In this document: in pieces, positions 1 to 10,174 of the stretch
Numbering within the stretch: the stretch's first letter is position 1
Layout: each line of letters begins with the position of its first letter
NCBI GenBank assembly: GCA_944389525.1
Contig: CALXMR010000003.1
Coordinates: 2,915 to 66,914, forward strand
DNA from: an uncultured Alphaproteobacteria bacterium
Lineage (GTDB): Bacteria; Pseudomonadota; Alphaproteobacteria; Rs-D84
Direction of reading: 5' to 3'
DNA: 64,000 nt
Program-made: the position numbers and the translations under genes
The notes under the pieces: generated by a model
Seen by the model: only the letters and a program-made list of their open reading frames with translations
What the model was told of the DNA's origin: nothing
Databases searched by the model: none

Positions 1-337
1 TGTCGAACGCAGCAATATTAATTGCCGTGTTGGCGATGATTTGGCCCAGGTCGGGTACGGAAAATCTTATTCGATTGAATCGTTGCGTGATTTCTATGTC
101 AAATGGGGGTTGCGTTTGCCAGATACTATTTCGCCAACGGGCACGGCCGTTGATTGTGATTCTTGGCGGCGTACATGTGCCACTTTGACAGATGTGGAGC
201 AATGTAAAAATGCCCAATTGAATTACAAGCCAGCAGATGCGTCAACAGTAACATTAATCGATTCGGCGTGCACCGTGTCGGGCAGTGCGTGCATTGAAAA
301 CTATCCCGTGGCGCGGTCATATGGTGCATGCGAATAA
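1..337 (+). CDS. 3' end of a Cys-rich hypothetical protein (5'-truncated by window edge)
   Basis: Frame is open from position 2 (VERSNINCRVGDDLAQVGYGKS...) to TAA at 335-337. It has several Cys and is followed by a terminator hairpin. Confidence 0.7.
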   Translation, partial: VERSNINCRVGDDLAQVGYGKSYSIESLRDFYVKWGLRLPDTISPTGTAVDCDSWRRTCATLTDVEQCKNAQLNYKPADASTVTLIDSACTVSGSACIENYPVARSYGACE

Positions 338-354
338 GGTTTTGTCAAGGTGTT

Positions 355-381
355 AAAAATCCCACCAGTTGGTGGGATTTT
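355..381. terminator. Bidirectional intrinsic terminator
   Basis: AAAAATCCCACC-AGTT-GGTGGGATTTTT between convergent genes. Confidence 0.8.
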
Positions 382-1208
382 TATTTCTGGTCAACCGCAA
401 TTATAAAGATACCCAGTTTGTTTGCGGTTTTTATCACTGCGTCTTTGTTCACAACAAAGCAGGTTTTTGTATTTACCACAATTCCACGCAGGTGGGCCGC
501 CGCAACGGCGTTTACTGTATCAACACCAATTGCTGGGATATCAATGCGCAAGTCCTGGCCGGGTTTGGTCATTTTGGCAAATACGCCACTGGATTTTTTG
601 CGTCCGTGGCGCATATCAACAACGCGTTCTAACATTTTGGCGGTGCCTTCGGCTGCCTCGACTGCGATGACCTGTTTGTCGACAACAACAGATGCCCCAA
701 TGTCTGCCGCCCCAATAGTATGTGAAACATCAATTGCGCGTTCAATGTCACGACGATCACGGGCGGTTGGTTTTGTCTTTGTTTGAACGCCCGGTGTTTG
801 GAATGTTAAATCTGGTGCGACATCTTGGGCCGCAACAATTTCAAATCCGCGTTTTTCCAGTGCCTTGTTTAATGCAACCGCCATAGAATCATACCCCCGT
901 TGATGTTTTAATATGCTGAACAATAATCCGATTGACCACCAGTCGGGCCGCATATCCGCCAGGTTTGGGTGACCCAATGCCCCGACAAAGGTCAGTTTCT
1001 TTATCCCGCGGCGGCGAAATTCCCGTACCGCCGGCCATCCTGCCGCCGGGCGCACCGCGATATCAGGATTCAGTCGCGGATCATAAAAGTTTTTTAATCC
1101 CACAACATATACATCCCACCCCGCACGGCGCAGTGCGTCACGCGTGAAAAACGGTAAATCCAGTGCGCCTGCAATCAGCGCAATTTTTTTGTCTTTATTT
1201 TTCTGCAT
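381..1208 (-). CDS. lpxI: UDP-2,3-diacylglucosamine diphosphatase LpxI (DUF1009)
   Basis: Motifs IALIAGALDLP, DIGASVVV..VIAVEAAEGT, KPGQDLRIDIPAIG. Confidence 0.9.
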   Translation of the reverse strand: MQKNKDKKIALIAGALDLPFFTRDALRRAGWDVYVVGLKNFYDPRLNPDIAVRPAAGWPAVREFRRRGIKKLTFVGALGHPNLADMRPDWWSIGLLFSILKHQRGYDSMAVALNKALEKRGFEIVAAQDVAPDLTFQTPGVQTKTKPTARDRRDIERAIDVSHTIGAADIGASVVVDKQVIAVEAAEGTAKMLERVVDMRHGRKKSSGVFAKMTKPGQDLRIDIPAIGVDTVNAVAAAHLRGIVVNTKTCFVVNKDAVIKTANKLGIFIIAVDQK

Positions 1209-1296
1209 GTTTTAAATGGTACGAATAAATCAGGCTGGAATCAAGTCGCAATTTATGTTATCATTTCTGTAACAACAGATTTTGGGTGAACAAGAC

Positions 1297-2061
1297 ATGA
1301 AAAAAATATCATATTCTATGATTGCCGTGATGTTGGGGATAACCCCGGCAATGGCTGAATATTCTGATGCGCGCTTTCGTGACGAGATTAGCGAAGGGTT
1401 GGATTTAGTCGCCGCGCGCGAAAACATTGATGTGCCGGATGCGGCGCCAGGGGAACTGGGGCTGGATGTGTATCAGACTGTTGGCGTGGCGGACAATGAT
1501 GATATTCAGATGTTCATTCCAACATCAATGTATATGCGTGCCGGGGCGGGGTTAAACCTGGGGTTTGCGACAGACTATGCACATGTGGGTGATGCCGGGT
1601 ACGAGAGTTCGGGCAGTTGGACCACACAAATCGGATTGGGGTGGAACCTGTCGTCATATGTTCGCACAGAAATTGACTTCCAAGAATCTACATTTGAATT
1701 TTCTGATTTGAAAGATGCCCAGGCAACATATCAAACAGTTGGTGGCATGTTATACTTTGACTTTGCGCGCCGATATGTCCAGACGGGTGACATTACCCGC
1801 CGCCGGCACTTTGTACCGTTTATGGGAATTGGCGCCGGGGCAGGGGCATATAAATTTGATGGCCCAGGTGGGGCAGACGGATTTGTTATCGCCGCACCAC
1901 GGGCGGTGGTTGGATTTAACATAATGCTGACAGATTTGATTGGTGTTGACATTATGTACCAATACCAGATGATGATCGGCAACGGTTTTGGGTGGAATGT
2001 GCGCGCCGGTGGTGTTGATAACATCAGCAATCTGATGGCGTCATTCCGTGTGAATTTCTAA
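1297..2061 (+). CDS. Outer-membrane beta-barrel protein (Opa/OmpA-like transmembrane domain)
   Basis: Signal peptide, alternating beta-strand pattern, VPFMGIGAG, C-terminal FRVNF. Confidence 0.75.
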   Translation: MKKISYSMIAVMLGITPAMAEYSDARFRDEISEGLDLVAARENIDVPDAAPGELGLDVYQTVGVADNDDIQMFIPTSMYMRAGAGLNLGFATDYAHVGDAGYESSGSWTTQIGLGWNLSSYVRTEIDFQESTFEFSDLKDAQATYQTVGGMLYFDFARRYVQTGDITRRRHFVPFMGIGAGAGAYKFDGPGGADGFVIAAPRAVVGFNIMLTDLIGVDIMYQYQMMIGNGFGWNVRAGGVDNISNLMASFRVNF

Positions 2062-2078
2062 GGTGATGTGGGGACAAA

Positions 2079-2726
2079 ATGAAAAAATTATTTTTTATGA
2101 CCGTGTTAACAGTAATGCCAATGATGGCAAATGCGGCAATTCCGTACCGGGTAGAGCAGGTAAATACCCCGGTTGTGGAATCTGAATCTGGTCATGATGC
2201 CCAGGCATTTGCCCGTGTGCGGCGTTTCTATGTTGGTGGGGCGTATAACTTTTCAATGTGGGCAAATGGCGCGGATGATGTGGTTCATATCGATGGAAAA
2301 AATACTTCTTCGTTCGAAGTTGTTGCCGGCGTGCGTCCGTTCGACATTTTCCGGATAGAGGCGAACTATATTCGTACATCTGCGAAATGGAATGCGTTTG
2401 ATTTAACTGGTGATACGGCGATGTTGAATTTTATACTGGATGCGCGTATTGATAATATTTACAGACTATTTTACAGCCAGCGTCTGGTTCCATATGTTGG
2501 CATTGGTGGTGGTGTGTCGTGGAATTCGGTCGATGGCACATCTGTGCAAGACAAGATATCCCCAGTTGTATCGGCAATGGCGGGCCTGGGGATTGAACTG
2601 GGCGACAGATTTACACTGGATTTTGGTTACAGATACATGTATATGTTTTCGCCGAAGTTTGAATATATTGCGGACTTTGCGCCAACCGCGCACCAGTTTC
2701 GTATCGGCGCGCGCGTGAATTTTTAA
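2079..2726 (+). CDS. Outer-membrane beta-barrel protein (Opa-like), paralogue of upstream gene
   Basis: Signal peptide, VPYVGIGGG, LDFGYRY, C-terminal ARVNF. Confidence 0.8.
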   Translation: MKKLFFMTVLTVMPMMANAAIPYRVEQVNTPVVESESGHDAQAFARVRRFYVGGAYNFSMWANGADDVVHIDGKNTSSFEVVAGVRPFDIFRIEANYIRTSAKWNAFDLTGDTAMLNFILDARIDNIYRLFYSQRLVPYVGIGGGVSWNSVDGTSVQDKISPVVSAMAGLGIELGDRFTLDFGYRYMYMFSPKFEYIADFAPTAHQFRIGARVNF

Positions 2727-2729
2727 GTT

Positions 2730-3647
2730 ATGAAGATGTGTCCGTTCTTTGGAATTTGTGGTGGGTGTAAATATGATTTTACATCGCCGGATTATCGTGC
2801 ACAGAAAATTTCAGAACTGGCCAGATTGCCCATTACTGAGGATGCGGTTTGGATTGATGCCGGGACGCGCCGGCGTGCGGAGTTTGCATTTGCAGATGGG
2901 GTGTTTGGATTTTATCAACACCGATCCAAGGCTATTGTTCCAGTGCGGTGTTGCCCACTGTGTTGTGCGGCGATAAATGATGTGTTGCCGGCGGTGGCGT
3001 CTTTGCCGTGGGGCGGGGCGGGTGCGGTGCTGGTGACGGCGTGCGATAATGGGATTGATATTGCGGTCACATCAGCCGTGCCGTATTTTAGTTCTGAATT
3101 TAAGAATGCGGCGGCGCGATTGGATGTGCTGCGTGTGACATGGAATGGGCGCGTTGTGGTTCAAAACGCAACGCCAATTGTTAAATTTGGTGATGTCAGT
3201 GTAGAGTATCCCCCGGGTGCGTTTTTACAGCCAACAATTGTTGGTGCAGATATTTTGCGCGATATGGTCGTTGCCGCGGCGGCGGGCGCACACAGATGCG
3301 CAGACTTGTTTTGCGGACTGGGGAATTTTACATATGCGCTGGGGGCGGATGGGTTTGATATTGCCGGCGCGGGGGTGCGGCGTGACCTGTTTCGTAATCC
3401 ATTGACAGTTGGGATGTTGAATAAATACGATTGTGTTGTGATGGATCCACCACGCGCGGGTGCAATTGCCCAGTGCACAGAATTGGTAAAATCGAATGTT
3501 GGGCGCGTGATATATATTTCTTGTAATCCGCAAACATGGGTGCGCGATGCGAAAATTTTACAGCAGAAATACAGTTTAGTATCGTTGGCTCCGGTTGATC
3601 AATTCGTGGGCAGTGCGCATTGGGAACTGTTTTCCCTGTTCGCGTGA
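2730..3647 (+). CDS. RlmD/TrmA-family RNA m5U methyltransferase (short, no TRAM domain)
   Basis: CPFFGICGGC Fe-S motif, AFLQ, DLFCGLGNF, DPPRAG, YISCNP. Confidence 0.85.
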   Translation: MKMCPFFGICGGCKYDFTSPDYRAQKISELARLPITEDAVWIDAGTRRRAEFAFADGVFGFYQHRSKAIVPVRCCPLCCAAINDVLPAVASLPWGGAGAVLVTACDNGIDIAVTSAVPYFSSEFKNAAARLDVLRVTWNGRVVVQNATPIVKFGDVSVEYPPGAFLQPTIVGADILRDMVVAAAAGAHRCADLFCGLGNFTYALGADGFDIAGAGVRRDLFRNPLTVGMLNKYDCVVMDPPRAGAIAQCTELVKSNVGRVIYISCNPQTWVRDAKILQQKYSLVSLAPVDQFVGSAHWELFSLFA

Positions 3648-3700
3648 TGTGCTACGGTGCCGGTGGTGTGCACTATATCATATTTTGCAATCTGTACCAT

Positions 3701-3730
3701 AAAAAAACGGGGCGCGCGCCCCGTTTTTTT
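3701..3730. terminator. Bidirectional intrinsic terminator
   Basis: AAAAAAACGGGGC-GCGC-GCCCCGTTTTTTT. Confidence 0.8.
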
Positions 3731-6671
3731 ATTGGCATTTATTTGGTGAAAAACTGATCACAACCTTGCGACACGATTCGTTTGGCTTGGTATCAGGTGT
3801 ATTGCATTCGGTTGATCCGACGCCAGACGTCTGTATGTTTGCAGATGGCAGTCCGGCCTGGATTAAGGCATCACCAACAGCCTTGGCCCGATTCTGTGAT
3901 AATGGCATATTTATCTTGTCTGTTCCAGATCTGTCCGTGTGACCGACAACAGTTATACAATAGTTTGTATCACTGCCTTGGGTCGTCTTTACCTGGGTTG
4001 CAAATGTCTTTATTGTTGTTTGGGCCTGTTGTGTTAAATCCGATTTGCCCAGTTCAAATAGGTTTTGTGCAGGCAATATCAGTTGTTCCGGTTCTGGTTG
4101 AGATGGTACAGTCAATTTCTCTAGTGCGCTTTGTATCATGCTTACTTTTACTTCTACACATATACCCTGATCGTTAATTTCATATTTATTAGAAGGACAT
4201 GTGCATTTGTTGTTAACCATATGATATCCATTTATGCATGAACAGGCACCAGTACTGGTATTAACTGTTACATTTGGATCTGTTTGATCGCACTGCACTG
4301 TTACATTGGGCGACAACGTATTGCATGTATTATTTTCCCCAGGTGCCGTTCCTGATGGACATTCACATCCGTTGCCTGTTGTATTTGCAACCTTGGCACC
4401 GGGGCATTGTTCACAGGCGTTTGAATTAGTATTGTATGCATATTTGCTGTTTGTGCAACGGCAATTTGGGAATGTCCCAGTGGAACCAGATGGACAACGA
4501 GCACCAGTTTCGCTGCTGGGCAGTTTCGCCGTATTGTCGCGTAATTTCTTTAGCGGTTCATACTTTGCAATAATTTCATCCGATTGTTCTTTTGGTGCCT
4601 TGTTATTTATAATTAAATTACCAACCATACCACCAACAGCACCAACGCCTGCAATGATTGCTCCAGTTTTTAGTTGTGATGATGTGTCTGCACGCTGTTG
4701 CGCCCATTCGGCGGCATCGGCACCCGTTGGATCAGACAACGCGCGCGACAGTGATGTATATGCACCATCTGTTCGGCCCAGTGATACATCGTCATACAGA
4801 CCCATGGTCGCACTGTCCATTACAACTTCGGATTCTATACCTGGGGCCAGCCCCAAGGCCTCTTTACGCGTTTTTACATCTGTGGACAGGGCAAAAAAGT
4901 CTTGACGAAATTGCAATAGGGTTGCACTAACTGGTAATTGCACATCTGTTTCGCCACCCGCGATATTGCGGCCCGCACCATAGTCACAGCGGAATGTTGC
5001 CAGATATGCCGCCATATCGCGTTCGGCGGCATCATCGGCGCGATTTTCTGCCACCGCAGACGCCAGTTGCATCCCCCCGATACCAGTGGCACCAATCGAC
5101 AGTCCGCCCAATAATTTATTTGCGGTGGATTGTTCTTTCGCTTTCATCGCATCTGCATTCTTTTGCAGTTCGTCTATTTTTTTCTGTGATTCTTCTTCGG
5201 ATAGTGTGGGACGAATACAGCTGCGTTGGTCATCGCTGGGGCGATATTCACCACTGCATTTTTCAATTATGCAAATTTCAGTATTTGTCGTTTCGTCCCA
5301 TTTACGATGCGCTACGGTTGCATGTTCGGGCATAGGATCGCAATCGCCAGAAATTGGGATACATTTGCCATCAGAAGGATTATATCCATCGTCACAGTCT
5401 GTGGCATGGCAAACACCTTTTTTCAATTCGCCTGCCGTTGCGTGTTCAATTGCTGATACCTGTTCGCTGGTACATGGGCCCTCGCTTTTTTTACATGCAG
5501 AACGATTGTCGTTTGGCAGATAGCCCTTTTGGCATGTTTTGATAACACAAACTAATTCATTGTTTATCCATTCGTATTTAGACTTTTTTGCATTTGTATC
5601 GCCAGATGTGCATTCTTTACCAACCTGGTCTTCACACGCATCGCCAATGGTGATTGTTTCGCATTTATCAGTGACTTCACAAAAATCTTCACATGAGCCA
5701 TCTTCACCGGTGGAACCAATACATATTTCTTGCGCGTCTTTTCTGGATTGAACAGAACGTGGATTTGTTAATTTATACCGGTCTGATACACATTGTATTG
5801 GATAGCATTTTTTACTGACGATATCATATGCAAGTGATTTTGAATTAGAGCCCTTTTCTGCAGTGCATACAGTGACAGTCACTTCGTCTATTTGCAGATC
5901 GGCTTCTGCTAATTTTATATCGCCCATGTTGTTATTAGCAGGCACATCAAAAGTCTGTGTTTTATAACCTGTTCGGGAAATTTTTATTTGTGACACAGAA
6001 CCTGGAACCGTTAATGAAAAATTTCCATCTATGTCAGCGGTTATCCCTTTATCTGTGCCCAGGGCAAACACGGCGGCAAATTCAATGGGTTTTTTTGTGA
6101 CAGAACTAATAATACGCCCTGTAATTGTTTTTTCTGTTGTTTCAGATTGATTGTTGGATGTTTCAAGATTTGCGTCTTTTTCTGTTGTAGAAACAGTGTT
6201 TGATTGTGTAGAAGGGGTGCCAGATGTGTTGTTGGTGGTATTACCGCATTCTTCTGCAATTTTTTTGTTTATAAACTGTTCCTCTGCATGGAATGCAATA
6301 AACTTGTCATCCATTTTACCACATACTAGATCCCAGCATTGTTCAGAAACGCATTCACGTAGCGTTTGCCCTTTTTTACATTCATATGTAGTACGAGCAT
6401 AACCAATGGGTTTGCAAGTGCCTTTTGTGTCTCCTGGAAGTGGTGTGTCTAGTTTTTGTTCACATTCTTCATCCTGCTTCTGTTTTAATTCATTATATAT
6501 TTTTTGATAATCTTGATCTTCATCAAAATCGTAAAGAAGATTATACTGGAATCTTATGTCTGATACGCAGTTTTCGTATTCTGAAGATGTTGCTGCCAAT
6601 GCGGGCAGGGTGAATAAAACGGCAAAGATTGTTATTATATAATTTCTTATGCTATTCATTTGTCTTCTCAT
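3729..6671 (-). CDS. Secreted multidomain Cys-rich protein with CarboxypepD_reg-like domain, Gly-rich hydrophobic segments and C-terminal OmpA-like peptidoglycan-binding domain
   Basis: Signal peptide; ITGRII..PIEFAAV..DIDGNFSL..GYKT; C..C..GY.P..C repeats; LFELGKSDL..VGHTDRSG..N..LSQNRA..V. Start overlaps the upstream stop (ATGA). Confidence 0.8.
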   Translation of the reverse strand: MRRQMNSIRNYIITIFAVLFTLPALAATSSEYENCVSDIRFQYNLLYDFDEDQDYQKIYNELKQKQDEECEQKLDTPLPGDTKGTCKPIGYARTTYECKKGQTLRECVSEQCWDLVCGKMDDKFIAFHAEEQFINKKIAEECGNTTNNTSGTPSTQSNTVSTTEKDANLETSNNQSETTEKTITGRIISSVTKKPIEFAAVFALGTDKGITADIDGNFSLTVPGSVSQIKISRTGYKTQTFDVPANNNMGDIKLAEADLQIDEVTVTVCTAEKGSNSKSLAYDIVSKKCYPIQCVSDRYKLTNPRSVQSRKDAQEICIGSTGEDGSCEDFCEVTDKCETITIGDACEDQVGKECTSGDTNAKKSKYEWINNELVCVIKTCQKGYLPNDNRSACKKSEGPCTSEQVSAIEHATAGELKKGVCHATDCDDGYNPSDGKCIPISGDCDPMPEHATVAHRKWDETTNTEICIIEKCSGEYRPSDDQRSCIRPTLSEEESQKKIDELQKNADAMKAKEQSTANKLLGGLSIGATGIGGMQLASAVAENRADDAAERDMAAYLATFRCDYGAGRNIAGGETDVQLPVSATLLQFRQDFFALSTDVKTRKEALGLAPGIESEVVMDSATMGLYDDVSLGRTDGAYTSLSRALSDPTGADAAEWAQQRADTSSQLKTGAIIAGVGAVGGMVGNLIINNKAPKEQSDEIIAKYEPLKKLRDNTAKLPSSETGARCPSGSTGTFPNCRCTNSKYAYNTNSNACEQCPGAKVANTTGNGCECPSGTAPGENNTCNTLSPNVTVQCDQTDPNVTVNTSTGACSCINGYHMVNNKCTCPSNKYEINDQGICVEVKVSMIQSALEKLTVPSQPEPEQLILPAQNLFELGKSDLTQQAQTTIKTFATQVKTTQGSDTNYCITVVGHTDRSGTDKINMPLSQNRAKAVGDALIQAGLPSANIQTSGVGSTECNTPDTKPNESCRKVVISFSPNKCQ

Positions 6672-8395
6672 CTAGATGATACGCCACGAGTTGTTGTGCC
6701 AAGTAAACTTGAGGTTGGTCGGCTGAGCCCCGAGGGTGGTGTTAATGTTCCCATGTTAGTTGGTAATGATGTGTCCAGATTCAACGCTGGCGCCGCCCCA
6801 CATGTGCCGCTGGCTGAATCCCAACTGCCACCGTTTTTACAAATACAATCGTCCCCAGACCACGTATTCCCCAGCGCAGTACACATTTTTTCTTGCTCAC
6901 TTAGTGGTTTTGGGCTTGTTTTAGGATTGCGTTCTATGCAACGACCACTGAAATCATCCCAAATTTGGTCGTCATCACATTCTGGATCTTTACAGATGCC
7001 GTTTTGCCAGCTGCCACCGTTGGATTCACATTCTTTTTGGCGGGCATCTTCGACTGGTCGTGATGAAGAAGTTTTTTCGGCTTCTGATTTTGCGTTTTTA
7101 TCCGTTTTGCTATCGGATTTTTCGTCTTTGGATTCCGATTTGTCACCAAAATTCTCTTCGTGTTCTTTTTTAGCGTCTTTTACGGCGTCCTCTGCCTTTT
7201 GCCGGTCAATTGCGCGGCTAATTGCTCCAGATGTAAGCGCACCTGTGGCCACACCAAGTCCAGAACCCATCAGGGCCGCAGACGCAGATGTCTGGCTGCG
7301 TGTCAAGCGATATGCGTTTTCCATAAATGTTGTGACATCAATTCCAAACCAATCAGGTGTGCAATCAAAAACGCCGCCGGCATATGCCTTTTTCGATGCG
7401 AACAGTGTGGAATCATCGCCTGCATAGAATTCAACCGTGAATACGCAATCTAGACTGCGGTCGTCCAATGTCGCGCCCAGCATGCGGCACTGTTCGCGCA
7501 TCTGATCGCGCAAGTCGTACAGACGCTGTTCATCGCGTTGGACCAAAACCTCGGCATCTTGGCGCAGGGCACCAAACACGGACATTGTGCGTGATGCCAG
7601 ACCACTGTCTTGCTGGACACAGTTATCGGCAATTGTTTTACATTTTGCAATTGCGGCGTCCCCGGCGGATTTGCCTAGGCACTTGCTGAATGTGGTGCCA
7701 CATTCGGTGATGATGCAATCGTTGTACTGGTTACCACAATCAATTACCGCATTATATGATGCCAGACGTGCATTCATGTCACGGTCGGCCTTTATCTCGG
7801 CCGCGAACAGGCGGTATTCTTCACCTGTGCACTGGGCGTCGATGTCGTTGCGGCATGCGTCCATTTTGTTGCCCCATATGGTATCTGTATCACCACGGCA
7901 ATCATAAAAATTATTCCCGCACCGTTCTGTCATACATTGGCGCAGGCCGATGTCACATGCGTTTTGACCGCTGGCCACCGATGTGGTGGCGGTGGAAATG
8001 GCGTCATCTGCATCCAGTGCCGCACGCTGGGCCGCGATTGCATCAGCCAATGCGCGGGCCGAAGTGTCAGCGGTGCTGTTTTCTGTATTAACATCTGCCA
8101 GGTATTCATCAAACTGTGACGATTTATTTTCGATAATAATTTCTTCGTCTGGTTCAGAATCTGGTTCAGTTGTTTTCGTGGTTGACGTTTGTGTTGTTGA
8201 TGGTGCCGTCATTGTTGGCATGCGCCCTGTGACATTTACGCGCGTTGATGTTGTTGGACGCGCGGATGTGCCACGCTGGACCACGGCGGCATCGGCCATC
8301 GGTGTAAACAGTGCGATTATTGCCACAAACGCGGCCAGACCAATTGTGTTGGTCTGGGTGATTTTCTGGTAAAGATTTTCAAACCGGTTTGTCAT
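6668..8395 (-). CDS. Secreted Cys-rich helical protein (novel paralogue family)
   Basis: N-terminal signal/TM segment, Thr-rich linker, Cx6Cx4CGxxFxxC modules, GSGLGVATGALTSG segment. Start chosen at MTNRF. Confidence 0.75.
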   Translation of the reverse strand: MTNRFENLYQKITQTNTIGLAAFVAIIALFTPMADAAVVQRGTSARPTTSTRVNVTGRMPTMTAPSTTQTSTTKTTEPDSEPDEEIIIENKSSQFDEYLADVNTENSTADTSARALADAIAAQRAALDADDAISTATTSVASGQNACDIGLRQCMTERCGNNFYDCRGDTDTIWGNKMDACRNDIDAQCTGEEYRLFAAEIKADRDMNARLASYNAVIDCGNQYNDCIITECGTTFSKCLGKSAGDAAIAKCKTIADNCVQQDSGLASRTMSVFGALRQDAEVLVQRDEQRLYDLRDQMREQCRMLGATLDDRSLDCVFTVEFYAGDDSTLFASKKAYAGGVFDCTPDWFGIDVTTFMENAYRLTRSQTSASAALMGSGLGVATGALTSGAISRAIDRQKAEDAVKDAKKEHEENFGDKSESKDEKSDSKTDKNAKSEAEKTSSSRPVEDARQKECESNGGSWQNGICKDPECDDDQIWDDFSGRCIERNPKTSPKPLSEQEKMCTALGNTWSGDDCICKNGGSWDSASGTCGAAPALNLDTSLPTNMGTLTPPSGLSRPTSSLLGTTTRGVSSR

Positions 8396-8414
8396 GTTTA
8401 TGTGTATCCATTCG

Positions 8415-9281
8415 TTAATCCAGTAAATCACATGCGATGTCATAGAATTCACACAGTTGGGTCGCACTGGCGCGTTCTGATTCGTATCCGTCACCGCATT
8501 TGTTTGGCATGTTGCGTTCGCACACGGTTTCAATGCATGCGTTGCGTGCCGAATCGTTTTTGCACCCGTCTTGTGCGCTGGTTAATTTCTGCGCGCGCGC
8601 CGTTTGGTAATTTTTAACAATCGTGGCCAGCATAGTGTCCGCACTTTCTATTGCAGAATCACGCGCGGCAATTAAATCTGTGCGGATATCAGATACATAG
8701 TCGTCACAGCCGGCGGCCTCTACACTGCATGCGGCGAAAAATCTGTCAAAATCTGAATCGTTTTCGCATGCGCTGTAATCCGGGCCACAGCGATTGGCCG
8801 CGACCAGACATGCGCGAATATTTGTCATGCATGTCGATTGGCTGACCGTTTGGGCGCGTTCCGACAGGGTGGTTGCCAGTTGTGCACTGACCCCCGCGGC
8901 GCGACATGATTGTTCGATTAATTCATCGTATGCGTCTGATACATCGTCCGGGGTACATCCATCGATCTTTTTAATACACTGTGCCGTTGCCCATGCATAG
9001 CGTTGGCCAGGGTCGGTTGGCGCATCTTCCAGTTCATCTTCGCTGAGTGTATAGCGGGCAGATGCCCCCAACGATAAACTGCGCATGCCGGTCTTGGTCG
9101 GTGGGGTGCCGGCACTGGATGTGCCACAATATTGACAGCGCGCCGCCGGATTAGACGATACATTTATCGCACACACAGAATCCAGGCACCGCGTCAGGTT
9201 CGCAACCGAACAGGTCGCCGCCGATGCCACCGCAGGGCACATAAATACCGCCAGTATGAAAAATATGTTTGTTGATTTCAT
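8415..9281 (-). CDS. Secreted Cys-rich helical protein (compact member of the paralogue family)
   Basis: Signal peptide, CLDSVC..RCQYC, AYDELIEQSC, CGPDYSAC. Confidence 0.75.
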   Translation of the reverse strand: MKSTNIFFILAVFMCPAVASAATCSVANLTRCLDSVCAINVSSNPAARCQYCGTSSAGTPPTKTGMRSLSLGASARYTLSEDELEDAPTDPGQRYAWATAQCIKKIDGCTPDDVSDAYDELIEQSCRAAGVSAQLATTLSERAQTVSQSTCMTNIRACLVAANRCGPDYSACENDSDFDRFFAACSVEAAGCDDYVSDIRTDLIAARDSAIESADTMLATIVKNYQTARAQKLTSAQDGCKNDSARNACIETVCERNMPNKCGDGYESERASATQLCEFYDIACDLLD

Positions 9282-9414
9282 TTCTCTCTGTATAGAAAAA
9301 GTATATCAAAAAATACTGGGGCATAAAAGCGAAAAAATAAAATATTATTTTAATACTTGACAAAACGTTTGTGTTTGTCTATATTTTGTACGAACAATAA
9401 AAAAGGAAAACAAA

Positions 9415-10065
9415 ATGGCCTTTAATAAAAAAGTTTTTTGTCATGTCAGTGCGGGTGTTGCGGCGGCAATACTGGTTGCTGTTTGCGTTACACAGTGTAA
9501 TAATCAACAGAATCTGGTGAAAGATCTGGATGTTTATGACAAAGAAATCAAAGAAGCAAAAGAAACAATAAAAAAGGCAGCAAAAATTGTTAATATTTTG
9601 ACAGAAGAAAATCAAATCCAGGCGGATTCGATAGTAGTGTTGAATGATTCTATTGCAGTGTTAAACGATTCGTTAGATGTGGTAAGCGAACGTCTGGCGG
9701 ATTGCCAAAAGGGCAAGTCGCGGCGCAAGCTACCAGCCAAGCCACAGCCAGTACCAGTCAAGCCACAGCCAGTACCAGCCAAGCCACAGCCAGTACCAGC
9801 CAAGCCACAGCCAGCGTCAGAAAATACGACTGTCATTAACATTGATGATGGGGGGCAAAATCATGGTAATATAATTGTTGTGCCCGATGGCGCTGGTAGT
9901 AGTAATACGGCTATTTCGATTGGGGATAATGCTGTTAATACTGGTGATATTACCGTGAATAACGGTGGTGTTATCAATAATTACTATGGTGATACAGCAC
10001 AGAAAAAAGAAAAGTGCAAGGTGCTGATTATCAGACGCGCAAATGTTAAATATAACGTGCGATAA
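9415..10065 (+). CDS. Membrane-anchored or secreted coiled-coil protein with PAKPQPV repeats
   Basis: RBS AAGGA, N-terminal hydrophobic segment, coiled coil, Pro-rich repeat, Asn/Gly-rich C-terminus, downstream terminator. Confidence 0.7.
   Translation: MAFNKKVFCHVSAGVAAAILVAVCVTQCNNQQNLVKDLDVYDKEIKEAKETIKKAAKIVNILTEENQIQADSIVVLNDSIAVLNDSLDVVSERLADCQKGKSRRKLPAKPQPVPVKPQPVPAKPQPVPAKPQPASENTTVINIDDGGQNHGNIIVVPDGAGSSNTAISIGDNAVNTGDITVNNGGVINNYYGDTAQKKEKCKVLIIRRANVKYNVR
9731..9814 (+). repeat. 21-bp in-frame tandem repeat x4
   Basis: TACCAGCCAAGCCACAGCCAG x4 with one C>T change in unit 2. Confidence 0.9.
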
Positions 10066-10174
10066 AATCATATTCGCATCGGTTGTGTACAGTCCGTCCA
10101 GTGTTGGCGGACTGTTTTTTTTCTAGACATATAATTTAAATGTGTGTTAAGATATTTTCTGTACAGACGAGAGA

